Positions 1-9,969 of a DNA stretch of 64,000 nucleotides are shown here, piece by piece. The notes below the pieces were generated by a model. It searched no databases. It was not told where the DNA came from and saw only the letters and a list, made by a program, of their open reading frames with translations. Positions within the stretch are counted from its first letter, which is position 1. Each line of letters starts with the position of its first letter. This DNA comes from Anaerolineae bacterium. Its GTDB lineage: Bacteria; Chloroflexota; Anaerolineae; Epilineales; Epilineaceae. The DNA lies in the NCBI GenBank assembly GCA_044228875.1, contig JBGAUA010000001.1:14713-78712 (forward strand), in the 5' to 3' direction. A program made the position numbers and the translations under genes.

Positions 1-1639
1 CAGCAGTCCAGCACCGGCGACCATGCAGGGGGCGGGGCGGGTCAACCTGGCGCGGGCGATGGATCCAGGGCTGCTGGTGACGCCGCCCGGCCTGGAGCTG
101 GGCATGGGCTACGGCAGGGTGGTGACCTTCACCCTGCGCCTGCGCGATGCGCGTAGGCAGCCGGACGGACCGGTCACCTATCAGCTGCTGCACCAGCCGC
201 ACCCCCGCAACGTGGACCTGACACCGCAGATGCCCACGGAGGTCACGGTCCCCGCCGGCGGCGAAGCCAAGGTGACGGTGGGCTTCGACTTCAACACGCT
301 CCCGTTCGACGCGCCGGATTACTACGACGGGCGCATCCTCTTCCAGGGCCCTCGTCACGCGGTGCGGGTCACCTATTCCGGCCGGCTGCTGGAGGAGGCC
401 AAGGACGTCCTGGTCATCAACGCGCGGCGCGGCTTCACCACCAACGGCAACCAGGTCGTCTTCACCGAGACCACGGACTATCGCCAGCATTGGGAAAAGG
501 CCCTGCAGCAGGCAGAGCTGACCTACGACGTCTGGGACATCGGCGAGGGCGGCCGCACCCGCATGCCCACCCTCAGCACCCTCGAGCGCTACCGGATGGT
601 CATCCTGGCCGGCGGCGACTCGAACGTGCCTCTGGAAGTCTACGACAACGGCCGCAGCGCCATGAGCGGCCTGGCCAACTACCTCCAGGGAGGCGGCGCC
701 ATGCTGGCCAGCGGCGCCTACTTCCCGGACAGCATCCGCTTCAACAACAACCAGAACTCCGGCAGCACGCACATGTTGAAGCGCTACTTCGGCGGCTTCG
801 AGCTGACGGAGGATGACGTGGAGCTGCCGGGCGGTTTCAAGTCGGTGGCGGTCTTCAGCAAGCCGGTGCAGCTGAACACGGGCAGCGATCCGGATGCGGC
901 CGCCAACGCCTACGCCATCGACCTGGGCGAGCCCTTGGACACGGTGGACAGCGCTCCGCGCGCCCAGGGCCAGCCACCGGCCCCGGACTACTCCTGGAGC
1001 CATCTGGCCGTTCAACAGCTCTTCCCGTACATCCACACCGTCATGGAGACCGAGGACGGCGCCACGGTGATGACCGGCGTCAGCGGCGATCCCAGCCTCG
1101 AGAAGCCCGTGCATGGCCGCGACCAGGGCGTCACCTGGCGGGCCCTCTTCGCCGGCTTTCCCGTGGAGGCCGTCAGCGGCGACCGCACCCACCTCACCCG
1201 GGTGGAGTTGCTGACGGAGGCCTTCGAATGGCTGACCGAGCCGGAGCCGCGCGCCATCCGCATCGCCGCACCCGACGGACAGGCCCCCGCCCGGGAGATC
1301 CGCCTCCAGGCGCAAGCGGATCTGCCCATCGGGCACAGCGGCGTGGCCGGCTGGCGCTGGGACGCCGGCGACGGCAAGGGCATCCAGTCCACCACCCGAC
1401 CGGAGCTTCGCGTCACCTATCCGCGCGCCGGCAAGGTGACCATCCGCGTGGAGCTGACCAGCAAGATCGGTCACCGCTACGTGGAAACCGTGGAGCTGGA
1501 TGTGGGCGGCGGCGGCATCACGCCCCGCCGAAGCCCCACCCCGGGCGGCGCGCCGGCCACCGCCACGCCGAAACCGGGCGGTCATGACGAAGCGCGGGTC
1601 TACCTGCCGCTGGCCTCGATGAACGACACGATTCGGTAG
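1..1639 (+). CDS. Partial (5'-truncated by window edge) secreted subtilase-family protein, C-terminal region with a PKD-like domain
   Basis: The ORF runs from the window edge (first ATG at 23). It has an S8-like 'NLARAM..GLLVTPPG' segment, a middle domain resembling a ThuA/GATase-like fold ('VILAGGDSNVP'), and a C-terminal PKD-like segment 'WRWDAGDGKG..RVTYPRAGKVTIRVELT'. Third codon positions are G/C-rich, and the protein ends in a Pro/Gly/Thr-rich tail. Confidence 0.5.
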   Translation, partial: SSPAPATMQGAGRVNLARAMDPGLLVTPPGLELGMGYGRVVTFTLRLRDARRQPDGPVTYQLLHQPHPRNVDLTPQMPTEVTVPAGGEAKVTVGFDFNTLPFDAPDYYDGRILFQGPRHAVRVTYSGRLLEEAKDVLVINARRGFTTNGNQVVFTETTDYRQHWEKALQQAELTYDVWDIGEGGRTRMPTLSTLERYRMVILAGGDSNVPLEVYDNGRSAMSGLANYLQGGGAMLASGAYFPDSIRFNNNQNSGSTHMLKRYFGGFELTEDDVELPGGFKSVAVFSKPVQLNTGSDPDAAANAYAIDLGEPLDTVDSAPRAQGQPPAPDYSWSHLAVQQLFPYIHTVMETEDGATVMTGVSGDPSLEKPVHGRDQGVTWRALFAGFPVEAVSGDRTHLTRVELLTEAFEWLTEPEPRAIRIAAPDGQAPAREIRLQAQADLPIGHSGVAGWRWDAGDGKGIQSTTRPELRVTYPRAGKVTIRVELTSKIGHRYVETVELDVGGGGITPRRSPTPGGAPATATPKPGGHDEARVYLPLASMNDTIR

Positions 1640-1752
1640 TCGAGGGCAGCGGTTCACCGCCGACCAGGCGGGTATCCCCGGGGACATGGCCGGCAGGTCC
1701 CCGACGAGGATACCCGCCTGCTTCGTCTGGGCACTGGATCGCCCGTCTCTGT

Positions 1753-2436
1753 CTACCCGACCCCAGCCAGTGTATCCAACTGAGCCTGGGTCCACGCCTG
1801 CCATTCCGCGGCCATTTCCGCCAGCCGCGCCCGGGAGGCCTTCTCGTCGGGCGCGCCCGGGCCAAAGGGGTCGCGGACCTCGTGGAAGTGCACGTGGATG
1901 ACCCCCGGCCGCGGCATCCGCGAGCCCTTGGCCATGCGCTGGTCCACGCCCCACAGGACCGCGGGCAGGATGAGCGCCCGGCTCTTCTGGGCCACCCATA
2001 GGAATCCCGGGTCGAAGGGCAGCAACCTGCCGTCCCTGCTCCGCGTGCCCTCCGGCGCCACGGCCAGCCAATGGTTACCCTGCAGCGCCGCCAGCATCTG
2101 CTTGATGGCCGGCAGATCCTGCTTGTCGCGGTTGGCGGCGATGCCCCCGATGCGAGCGAAGATCGGCCCCAACACCGGCAGGGCGAAGGTCTCCCGCTTG
2201 GTCAGGAAATACATCGGCCGCTGCACCGCCACCCCCATGGCGAAGATGTCCAGGGCGCTGGTATGGTGCAGGAGGGCCACAAGCACCGGGCGTCCGGGGG
2301 GTGGGAAGTTCTCCTTGCCGATCACCTGGACGCGCCAGTAGCTGTTGAAGAGGCTGTTGAGCACGAGCATGAGGCCGCGATAGACCCGCGGGTTGTACGG
2401 GGGCTCGAGCGCCAGGGTGTAGGCTTGGCCGCGCAT
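1753..2436 (-). CDS. plsC: 1-acyl-sn-glycerol-3-phosphate acyltransferase family (PlsC-like)
   Basis: HX4D acyltransferase motif 'LHHTSALD'. Block III motif 'APEGTRS'. ATG start at 2436. Confidence 0.8.
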   Translation of the reverse strand: MRGQAYTLALEPPYNPRVYRGLMLVLNSLFNSYWRVQVIGKENFPPPGRPVLVALLHHTSALDIFAMGVAVQRPMYFLTKRETFALPVLGPIFARIGGIAANRDKQDLPAIKQMLAALQGNHWLAVAPEGTRSRDGRLLPFDPGFLWVAQKSRALILPAVLWGVDQRMAKGSRMPRPGVIHVHFHEVRDPFGPGAPDEKASRARLAEMAAEWQAWTQAQLDTLAGVG

Positions 2437-2496
2437 GACTCAGGCTTTCAGGGAGATGATGGGCCGGGAGCGCCCCCGGCAGGGACTCTGGCGCTG

Positions 2497-3162
2497 TCAG
2501 TCCCGCGGTCGCAGGGCGCGCCCGGCGACCAGGGCCGCCAGGCCCTGGGCGGCCAGGAGGCCCACCAGAACCAGGGCCGTATCGTACCAGAAGCGGTCCG
2601 GGAAGAGGCGGATGAGCGCCGAATCGGCCCCGAACTGCCAGGTGCCGTCGGCGAAGAGGAGCCGGTGCATGCCGGTGAAGGCCACGTCCCAGGCGCTGAG
2701 GATGGCCAGGCCCAGGAGCAGAAGGAGCACCAGGGTCAGCATGCCGCCCGCGGCCAGCGATCGCGCCAGGCCGATCCGCAGGGCGCGCGGGCGAAGGCCA
2801 AGCAGGACCAGAGCGGCAACTGCGAGCAGCAGGGCCAGATAGCGGATCCGGCCGATGACCCGGCGCACGTCCAGCAGATGCGCGATCTCACCCGCCTGGT
2901 ACAGCGACGCGCCGCCATGATCGAGCGCCGCCAGCGTCTCGTGCGGCTCCTGGTTGATGATGAAGCGGGTGGAGGGAACGGCAAAAGCGAGGCGCTCCTC
3001 GCTGCTGAATCCCGCCGAGGGTGGATAGTCTGGTCGAGCCATCATCCAGCGCACGTAACCGGTGCCGGCCAACAGCTGGATGGCCACGGCCAGGGCGCAA
3101 ACAGGAACGGCCAGAGCAGCCAGAGTCACCGCAAGGGCGCTGGGGCGGGAACCGCGGCTCAC
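2497..3162 (-). CDS. Integral membrane protein, DUF1461/TIGR01906-like
   Basis: N-terminal TM helix and two central/C-terminal TM helices. 'INQEPHETL..HLLDV' segment typical of this family. Its start overlaps the cmk stop by 4 nt, implying operon membership. Confidence 0.4.
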   Translation of the reverse strand: MSRGSRPSALAVTLAALAVPVCALAVAIQLLAGTGYVRWMMARPDYPPSAGFSSEERLAFAVPSTRFIINQEPHETLAALDHGGASLYQAGEIAHLLDVRRVIGRIRYLALLLAVAALVLLGLRPRALRIGLARSLAAGGMLTLVLLLLLGLAILSAWDVAFTGMHRLLFADGTWQFGADSALIRLFPDRFWYDTALVLVGLLAAQGLAALVAGRALRPRD

Positions 3163-3923
3163 GATCGTTCGCCCTCAGGATCCGGCGGCGCCCCACAGGC
3201 CGCGCGTCCTCCACCGGTTGTCAGCGCATCCGGCCAACGCCCGACCAGGGCCAGGAGATGCGCCACCACCCCGGCCAGGTCGCAGCGATCGGTGTCCACC
3301 GCCACCGCGGTGGCGGCGATGGCCAGGGGCGCCACCGATCGACCGCGATCCTTGGCGTCGCGGGCAACCATGTCAGCCAGCACCTGCCTGAAGTCGGCAG
3401 CCTCGCCGCGGGCCAGGCGTTCACGCAGGCGGCGTCTGGCGCGGGCCTCGGCCGAAGCGTCCAGGTAGAGCTTGAGATCGGCGTCCGGCAGCACCACGGT
3501 GCCGATGTCCCGCCCCAGCATGATGACCGGATGCTCGCGGGCCACGGCACGCTGCGGCGCCAGGAGCGCGGATCGCAGCGCCTCGTGCCGAGCCACGGCG
3601 GATACGTTGGCGTCGACGGCGGGATCGCGCAATGCCTGTTCCATGTCGTCCCCACCGAGGGTGACCGTGAGGTCAAGGGCGCTTCCGGGTCGCGGAACGA
3701 TGCGCAGGGGCCGCCGCTCCAGCAGGGCCATGAGGGCGGCCTCGTCCTCCGGCGGCAGGCCTTCGGCAAGGGCGGCGGCGGTGACGGCGCGATACAACAG
3801 ACCGGTGTCCAGCCATCGCATGCGCAGGCGTTCGGCCAGCAGCCGGCCGACGGTGGTCTTGCCGGCCGCGGCGGGTCCGTCGAGGGCGATGCTTCGCGGC
3901 CGGTGGCCTTCGGTTTCAGGCAC
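3159..3923 (-). CDS. cmk: Cytidylate kinase
   Basis: P-loop 'IALDGPAAAGKTT' followed by 'LDTGLLYRAV', which is diagnostic of CMP kinase. The first ATG (3998) lies inside scpB, so the probable GTG start is ~3923, overlapping the scpB stop. Confidence 0.85.
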   Translation of the reverse strand: MPETEGHRPRSIALDGPAAAGKTTVGRLLAERLRMRWLDTGLLYRAVTAAALAEGLPPEDEAALMALLERRPLRIVPRPGSALDLTVTLGGDDMEQALRDPAVDANVSAVARHEALRSALLAPQRAVAREHPVIMLGRDIGTVVLPDADLKLYLDASAEARARRRLRERLARGEAADFRQVLADMVARDAKDRGRSVAPLAIAATAVAVDTDRCDLAGVVAHLLALVGRWPDALTTGGGRAACGAPPDPEGERS

Positions 3924-4716
3924 CGGCTTCGCTGGCGGCGGGTGCCGCCTCAGCCCCCGCGGCCTCCAAGGCGACCTCCGCGATCGCAGCCGGCGCACTC
4001 CCCGTCTCCTCCGCGCCTGCGCCTTCGGCCGACACGGGTGGGTCGAGATCCTCGGACTCGGCCTCGTCGGTCACCAGAACCTGCGTCAGCGGCGGAAGCT
4101 CGTGCAGGCCGCTGATGCCGAAATACTCCAGGAACTGGAAGGTGGTGCCGTATTCCACCGGCTGGCCGACGGTGTCCCGGCGCCCCAGGGGCGCCACGAG
4201 GCCGCGAGCCAGCAGGGTGCGTACGGCGCCTTCGGCATTGACGCCCCGCAGGGCCTCGATCTCCGGACGGGTGGCCGGCTGGCGGTAGGCGATGATGGAC
4301 AAGGTCTCCAAGGCCGGCCGCGAGAGGCGGGCGGTGGATTCCAGGCCCAGGAAGCGCTGGATGAAGGCGGCGGCCTCGGGCGCGGTGACCAGCTGCGCCT
4401 GGTTGCCGACGCGCTGCAGCCGCAGACCACGTCCCGCAAGGCTCTGATCCAGGTCCTTCAAGGCCCTGTCAACGGCAGGGCGGGACAGGTCCAGCACGCG
4501 CGCCAGGTCACCGACCGATACAGGCTGGTCCGCCACGAAGAGGAGGCTCTCCAGCAACATCGGCAGGCTCGCCAGCTTGCGCTCGGTATCCCAGAGCAGG
4601 AACTCAGCCCCCTCCAGGGGGTCGGGGGCGGCAGCGGCAGGCGGCCGGTCCTCGGCCGCCGCGTCGGGCTTGCCGACGCGCACGCGCCGGCGGCCTTCCG
4701 GGGTCATGATGGCCAT
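3916..4716 (-). CDS. scpB: Segregation and condensation protein B
   Basis: 'LESLLFVADQPVSVGDLARV' and second winged-helix 'LETLSIIAYRQPATRPEIEALRGVN..VRTLLARGLV'. Acidic/Ala-rich C-terminal tail. Start assumed at internal ATG (MAIMTPEG); the ORF's first ATG is at 4806. Confidence 0.8.
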   Translation of the reverse strand: MAIMTPEGRRRVRVGKPDAAAEDRPPAAAAPDPLEGAEFLLWDTERKLASLPMLLESLLFVADQPVSVGDLARVLDLSRPAVDRALKDLDQSLAGRGLRLQRVGNQAQLVTAPEAAAFIQRFLGLESTARLSRPALETLSIIAYRQPATRPEIEALRGVNAEGAVRTLLARGLVAPLGRRDTVGQPVEYGTTFQFLEYFGISGLHELPPLTQVLVTDEAESEDLDPPVSAEGAGAEETGSAPAAIAEVALEAAGAEAAPAASEAGA

Positions 4717-4977
4717 GATGGCTCCAAGACGAATCTGGCTGGCAGCGATCGAATGAAGGTGCGCCCGCTTCATCGCAACTGGTTGCCGGCGAGGCGCGAA
4801 CCACAAGATGTTGTGGGTGCTTTAAGCGTCTGACCGCATTATAGCCGCGAGTGCGGAGACGAGCCAGCCAACACGGGATCAGGGAGACGTCATGTCGGTC
4901 ATCGCGCCCGGGCCTTCGTTCCAGCGGGTGCGGCCGATGGCGATTGACCCCGGCCCACATTCCCGTACCATGCCGGC

Positions 4978-7332
4978 ATGACAGGCGCCGCCAAGCCGCT
5001 ACGCCGTCGCGCCCGGCCGCATGTCGGCGCCCTGCCGGCCATCGCCCTGGTCTACCTGCTCCTGGGCCTGGGCTACAGTCTGGCCACACCCGTCGGCGAG
5101 GGCATCGACGAGTCTTCGCATCTGGCCTACGTGCAGTTCCTGCAGCGGGAACGGCGCCTGCCGACCTCCGCCGACGCCCACGGACTGATCACCGATCAGG
5201 TCAAGCACCCCCCGCTCTACTACCTCCTGCTGGCGGTGGCCACCTGGCCCGGTCGCTTCGATGGCCTCAGCTGGGTGCCCAACCCGCATTGCTGCAACCT
5301 GGAGCGGCCATCGCCGGCCGTGATGCGCCATGTCGAGGGCGACCGCTTCCCCTATGCGCCGGCGTATCGCCTGGTGCGCCGGGCGCGCATTCTCACGCTG
5401 CTGATGGGCCTGGCCGTGGTCTGGGCCACCTGGGCGACGGCAGGCCTGGCCTTCCCCCGGTGGCCGGATCTGGCACCCGCGGCCACGGCGGTGGTCGCCT
5501 TCCTGCCCCAGTTCCTCTTCATGCAGGGCATCGTCAACAACGACGGTCTGGCCAACGCCATGGGCGCCCTGACGCTCTGGGCCGCCCTGCGGGTGGCCTT
5601 GCGCGGCGCCGGCCGGCGAGACCTGCTGCTGCTCGGCGTATTCACCGGCCTGGGACTGATCACCAAGCTCACCCTGCTCGCCTTTCTCCCGGTCGCCGCC
5701 CTGGCCGCCGGCATCGCCGCCTGGCGGGTGCGTCGGGCCGCGCTGCTGGGCCGAGCCGCCTTGTGGGCCGGACTGCCGGCAGCGGCGATCAGCGGCTGGT
5801 GGTTCTTATGGAACCTGGCCACCAAGGGCGACCTGTTGGGTTGGGGGCCATGGATGCGCGCGACGGGGTTTCTGCGGCGCAAGGTGCCGCTCAGCGACGA
5901 GTTGCCGGACTACCTGGCCATCCAATGGCAGTCCTTTTGGGGCAGTTTCGGCTGGGTGACGGTGCGAATGCCCGCCAACCTGTACCGCCTGCTGCTTGCC
6001 GCCACCGCCCTGTCCGTCCTGGGGCTGGGCCTGGCCGCGGAACGATGGCGACGGGGGCGGCGCGCGTCGGCCGCGACCACGGGGCCGGCCCCTGCAAAGG
6101 CAGAGGCGAGCGCGGATCTCGCGACGGCGCGCCATGACGGCGGACCGGCCTCCGACGTCGGCTCCGGTGCTTGGGGCGCGCTGCTCATGGGCGCGACCGG
6201 CCTGCTGGTCTACGCCTCGGTCTTCCGCCTGGCCTTCACCTTCGACCTGACCGTGGCTCAAGGTCGCTACCTCTTCACCGCCATCGGGGTCTTCGGCACC
6301 GCCTTGGCCGGCGGATGGCTGTCCCTGGCCCCGCGACGGCATTCGGCTCGCGCCGCCGGGGCGGTCGTGCTGGGCATGCTGGCGCTGGCGCTCTACGCGC
6401 TCTTCGGCGTCCTGCGGCCCGCCTTCAGGGCGCCCCCCGCCTTGACCACGGCGGCCCTGGCCGATCTGGCGCAAGCGCCGGCCGTTCGTTTCGGTCCGGA
6501 TATCGAGCTCTTGGGAGCCGAGCTTCCGCGCGGGGGCATCCGCGCCGGCGACAACCTGACGGTGGCCCTGGTCTGGCGCACGTCGGCGTGGATCGACGTG
6601 GGCTACATCGTCTTCGTCCACGTGATCGACACGGCGGGGCGGATGCTGGGCCAAGCGGATGTCCTGCCACGCGGCGGCCTTTATCCCACCGTGCTCTGGC
6701 TGCCGGATCGACCCTGGCGCGACACCCTTCAAGTGCCCATCGCGGCGGATGCGCCGGGTGGCGCGGCAGACGTGCTGGTCGGACTCTATCCTGATGGCGC
6801 TCCCCAGAACCGACTGCCGGCCGCCGTGGCCGGCAAGGCGGCCGGTGACCACGTGGTCTCCGGGCGGGTGCTGGTTCGCGAGCGGCTGCCCACCACGATA
6901 CCGGCGGGGGCCACGGCGCGCGGTGATGTCCTGGGGACGACGATCGCCGACGGGACCGGGCGCGATCTCCTGCGGCTGGAAGCCTACCAGGTCGTCGCCG
7001 ACCGTGGCATGGTCGACCTCACCCTGTACTGGAGGGCCCTGGACACCCCGGCGGGCGATTACACCGTCTTCGTGCACGCCCTCGACCCTGACGGCGCCCA
7101 ACTGGCCGTCGCCGACGCGCCTCCGGGCGAGGGTCGCTTCCCCACATCCCTATGGGCGACCGGCGATCTGGTGGCCGACCGCCACCAGGTGCGGTTGCCG
7201 GCAGGAGCGGATCTTCGTGGGCTCGCATGGCAGGTGGGTTTCTACCTACCGGCGACGGGGGCGCGATTACCGGCCCGAGGCGCAGACGGACACGCGTGGC
7301 GCGATGGGGCGATCCAGTTGACGGAGCGATGA
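4978..7332 (+). CDS. Glycosyltransferase family 39 (PMT/ArnT-like) polytopic membrane protein with a C-terminal tandem-repeat soluble domain
   Basis: N-terminal ~450 aa has more than 10 TM helices with a first-loop acidic motif 'PVGEGIDESSHLAYVQFL', as in GT-C/GT39 enzymes. C-terminal ~300 aa carries two related repeats ('NLTVALVWRTS..YIVFVHVIDTAG' and 'VDLTLYWRALD..YTVFVHALDPDG'). Confidence 0.55.
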   Translation: MTGAAKPLRRRARPHVGALPAIALVYLLLGLGYSLATPVGEGIDESSHLAYVQFLQRERRLPTSADAHGLITDQVKHPPLYYLLLAVATWPGRFDGLSWVPNPHCCNLERPSPAVMRHVEGDRFPYAPAYRLVRRARILTLLMGLAVVWATWATAGLAFPRWPDLAPAATAVVAFLPQFLFMQGIVNNDGLANAMGALTLWAALRVALRGAGRRDLLLLGVFTGLGLITKLTLLAFLPVAALAAGIAAWRVRRAALLGRAALWAGLPAAAISGWWFLWNLATKGDLLGWGPWMRATGFLRRKVPLSDELPDYLAIQWQSFWGSFGWVTVRMPANLYRLLLAATALSVLGLGLAAERWRRGRRASAATTGPAPAKAEASADLATARHDGGPASDVGSGAWGALLMGATGLLVYASVFRLAFTFDLTVAQGRYLFTAIGVFGTALAGGWLSLAPRRHSARAAGAVVLGMLALALYALFGVLRPAFRAPPALTTAALADLAQAPAVRFGPDIELLGAELPRGGIRAGDNLTVALVWRTSAWIDVGYIVFVHVIDTAGRMLGQADVLPRGGLYPTVLWLPDRPWRDTLQVPIAADAPGGAADVLVGLYPDGAPQNRLPAAVAGKAAGDHVVSGRVLVRERLPTTIPAGATARGDVLGTTIADGTGRDLLRLEAYQVVADRGMVDLTLYWRALDTPAGDYTVFVHALDPDGAQLAVADAPPGEGRFPTSLWATGDLVADRHQVRLPAGADLRGLAWQVGFYLPATGARLPARGADGHAWRDGAIQLTER

Positions 7333-7499
7333 TCGCACGGCCGGCCGGATCCGCGGTACCAGCCTTGGGTCGTGCCGCAACCGCTGGCACGCTTCCTGCT
7401 GCCCGTCGGCCATGGACATCGAAGGCGCCGGCGCCCCTGATGTACACTTGATCCGCAGCCGATCGGTCTCCGGCCTTCCGCTAGCGAGGCACAACAGCC

Positions 7500-8840
7500 A
7501 TGTCCAGCCAACAGCCCTCCGTCACCGTCCCCCTCATTCTAGCCTTCTGTCTGGCGCTGGCCGCCGCGATCCTCGGCGGCGCCGACGCCCGTGGCCAGGG
7601 GCGCGTGGCCGCTCTGCAACCCATGGGCATCCTGCTTCCGGACGGCGACTTCGTCTACGGGCCGCCGCTCTACGACTGGGATCTCGGTCGCTACGTGACC
7701 GCGAAGGGCGGCTTTCTGGCCCGCTACTACGAGCCCGGTGCCGAAGGCCTGCGCGCCGGTTCCGACATCGTCCAGGACGTGGCCCAGGATTATGGCATCA
7801 GCCCCCGGCTGCTCCTCGCGCTCATCGAGATGCACAGCGGCTGGGTCACCGACCCCCGCCCGACCGAACAATCCTATCCCCTGGGTGGGAGCCAGCCGGG
7901 CCTGGGCCCGGGGCTGGCCGCCGCGGCGGACAGCCTCAACGCCCGCTTCTACGCCCACCGCTTTCAGGGCCGGCGCGACATCGAGGGCATTGGCGCCCTG
8001 CCCACGAGCAATGCCGCCACCTATGCCTTGCTGGCCTACCTCGGGGAGGAGCGGCCCGCCGCCGCAGCCACAGCCGCGGCGGCCGACATCGGCGAGCCCG
8101 CCACGGCCACGCCCTTGCCCATCGCCAGCCCCACCGCGCAGGCTGCGCCGGGAGCGCGATGGGCCGGCCTGGAAGGACCCAGCCGCTTCTGGGCGGCCTG
8201 GATGACCTTGTTCGAGGATCCCTTGGCCTTGGATGCCGGCCGGGTGGTGCCGGTGCCCGCCCGACCCTTGGCGCTGCCCCTGCCGTTCGCGGCCGGTGAG
8301 ATCTGGTATTTCATCCGCGGGCCACACAGCCCCTGGGGCGCCGGCGGTCCGGCGGCGGCCATCGACTTCGCGCCACCGCCGGCCGCCGTGGCCGATTGCG
8401 CGCCCAGCTCCGCCTGGGTTCGCGCCGTTGCCGGCGGCGTCGTCCTGCGCTCGCAGGCCTCCGGCGTCCAGGTGGATCTGGACCAGGACGGCTTCGCCGG
8501 CACTGGCTGGGTGCACATCTACACCCACCTGGCCGCCCTGGAGCGCGTCCCCGAGGGCAGCAGGGTGAACGCCGGCGACCCTTTAGGGCATCCCTCCTGC
8601 GAGGGCGGTCCGTCGGCTTTCGCCCACGTGGGCTTCTCCCGCCGCCTGGACGGCATCTGGATGCCTGTCGACGCCGAGCGTGACCCCCTGGTCATGGGCG
8701 GCTGGGCGGCGCTGAAAGGCGACAGGGACGGTTCAGGCTGGCTGGCTCGGGAGGGCTTCCCCCCGCGACAGGCCCAGCCCCAGAAGTCGGATCCTGTCAA
8801 CGGCGTCTTCGACCTGGGCGTCGTCCCGCCCGCCGGCTGA
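7500..8840 (+). CDS. Secreted peptidase, M23/LytM-like C-terminal domain
   Basis: Signal peptide 'PLILAFCLALAAAILGGADA'. C-terminal segment 'GPHSPWGAGGPAAAIDFAPP .. GWVHIYTHLAAL..VNAGDPLG..AHVGFS' resembles the HxxxD / HxH metal-binding pattern of M23 peptidases. Confidence 0.45.
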   Translation: MSSQQPSVTVPLILAFCLALAAAILGGADARGQGRVAALQPMGILLPDGDFVYGPPLYDWDLGRYVTAKGGFLARYYEPGAEGLRAGSDIVQDVAQDYGISPRLLLALIEMHSGWVTDPRPTEQSYPLGGSQPGLGPGLAAAADSLNARFYAHRFQGRRDIEGIGALPTSNAATYALLAYLGEERPAAAATAAAADIGEPATATPLPIASPTAQAAPGARWAGLEGPSRFWAAWMTLFEDPLALDAGRVVPVPARPLALPLPFAAGEIWYFIRGPHSPWGAGGPAAAIDFAPPPAAVADCAPSSAWVRAVAGGVVLRSQASGVQVDLDQDGFAGTGWVHIYTHLAALERVPEGSRVNAGDPLGHPSCEGGPSAFAHVGFSRRLDGIWMPVDAERDPLVMGGWAALKGDRDGSGWLAREGFPPRQAQPQKSDPVNGVFDLGVVPPAG

Positions 8841-8862
8841 ACCGACTTCCAGGGAGGTCTCG

Positions 8863-9969
8863 ATGTACCACGACCTAGCTCGCCGCCTGCTCCGCTGGCG
8901 CATCTACTTCATCCTGGGCCTGGCCCTCCTGGCGGCGGTCATCGGCCAGACCGGGTTCCGCATGCTGGGCACGGCGGCCTGCGAATCGCTCCCGATCTTC
9001 CGACCGACGGTGCCTGAGGATCTGCGTGCGGACCTGGAGCTGCTGCAGTCCAAGGGCCTTCTCTACTGCAAGGAACTGCGCGAAGGCCTCGACGGCGTGG
9101 ACCCCACCGTGTATTGGGCCGCCGACGGCCTGAACAGCCTGCTCTTCTTCCAAGCCGCGGCCGGCGCGGATCTCGACAGCATCGGCGTCAGCAGCTACCT
9201 CTTCAGCGACGGTCAGAACAACTACTACCCGTCCCTGCCCGGCGACCAGCGGCCGCGCGATTTCGTGCAGGCGCAGGAAGGTGGGCGCGTCTGGTCCAAC
9301 CAGGCCGAAGGAGACCGACCCGCCTACTTCATCCGCCGCGAAGCCGCCCCCGGCATCTCGGTGGGCGTGGTCATGGTGTCGGTCTCCGGCCCCCTGGCGC
9401 CCGACGAGGGGGTGACCGATCGCGACTTCCTGAAAGACCTGGAGCAGACCTTCGGCTGGCTGCGCGGCGAGGTCGACGGCGGCAGCGCAGCGGCCGGCCG
9501 CGGCACCCGGGATCTCAACTTCCTCATCGACCAGGAGCGCTGGGAACCTTGGGTGCAGCGCGAAACCAACCCGGCCTTCCTGACAGCCGAGGGACGTCCG
9601 GATACGGCTCGCCTGTCGCGAGAGCCCCTGCCTCGTCCTCAGCTCTACCAACGCGTTCAGGGGCTGCTGGGCAGCGCCGTCTGGATGGCAGGCGTGGTCA
9701 GCGGTACCCAGGGCATCTTGTGGTTGGCGCCCGAATCCGGCGTCACGCCGCTCGTGCCGCGCGACACCGCCACGTGGCTTCCCGTGGGCAAGGGCTCGCC
9801 GATGATGCTCTTCGGCTTCCCGCCGCTTCCCGCGGGTCAAGCCTTCGAGGCCCGCTACTGGTCGGACCCGGGCGCCGCCGAGGCCGGCGCAGAGCCTGAT
9901 CAGCGCTTCGCCGTCGTCTTCAGCGATCCCCCGGCCCTGGCTACGGCCGCCGCGGGTGGCCGTCGGTGA
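8863..9969 (+). CDS. Hypothetical membrane-anchored protein
   Basis: Strong GC3 bias and varied amino-acid composition; the overlapping antisense ORF is Arg/Gly/His-rich junk. Single N-terminal TM 'IYFILGLALLAAVIG'. No recognisable domain. Confidence 0.4.
   Translation: MYHDLARRLLRWRIYFILGLALLAAVIGQTGFRMLGTAACESLPIFRPTVPEDLRADLELLQSKGLLYCKELREGLDGVDPTVYWAADGLNSLLFFQAAAGADLDSIGVSSYLFSDGQNNYYPSLPGDQRPRDFVQAQEGGRVWSNQAEGDRPAYFIRREAAPGISVGVVMVSVSGPLAPDEGVTDRDFLKDLEQTFGWLRGEVDGGSAAAGRGTRDLNFLIDQERWEPWVQRETNPAFLTAEGRPDTARLSREPLPRPQLYQRVQGLLGSAVWMAGVVSGTQGILWLAPESGVTPLVPRDTATWLPVGKGSPMMLFGFPPLPAGQAFEARYWSDPGAAEAGAEPDQRFAVVFSDPPALATAAAGGRR

Noticed and set aside
2071-4833. Plus-strand ORFs 2071-3468 (465 aa), 3021-4115 (364 aa) and 3472-4833 (453 aa) antisense to plsC-membrane-cmk-scpB
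   Set aside because: Arg/Pro/Gly/His-rich low-complexity products. The minus-strand genes carry diagnostic HX4D, P-loop and ScpB motifs.
5806-7101. 431-aa minus-strand ORF inside the GT39-like gene
   Set aside because: Antisense to a membrane protein with clear TM periodicity. Product is Gly/Arg/Gln-rich with no structure.
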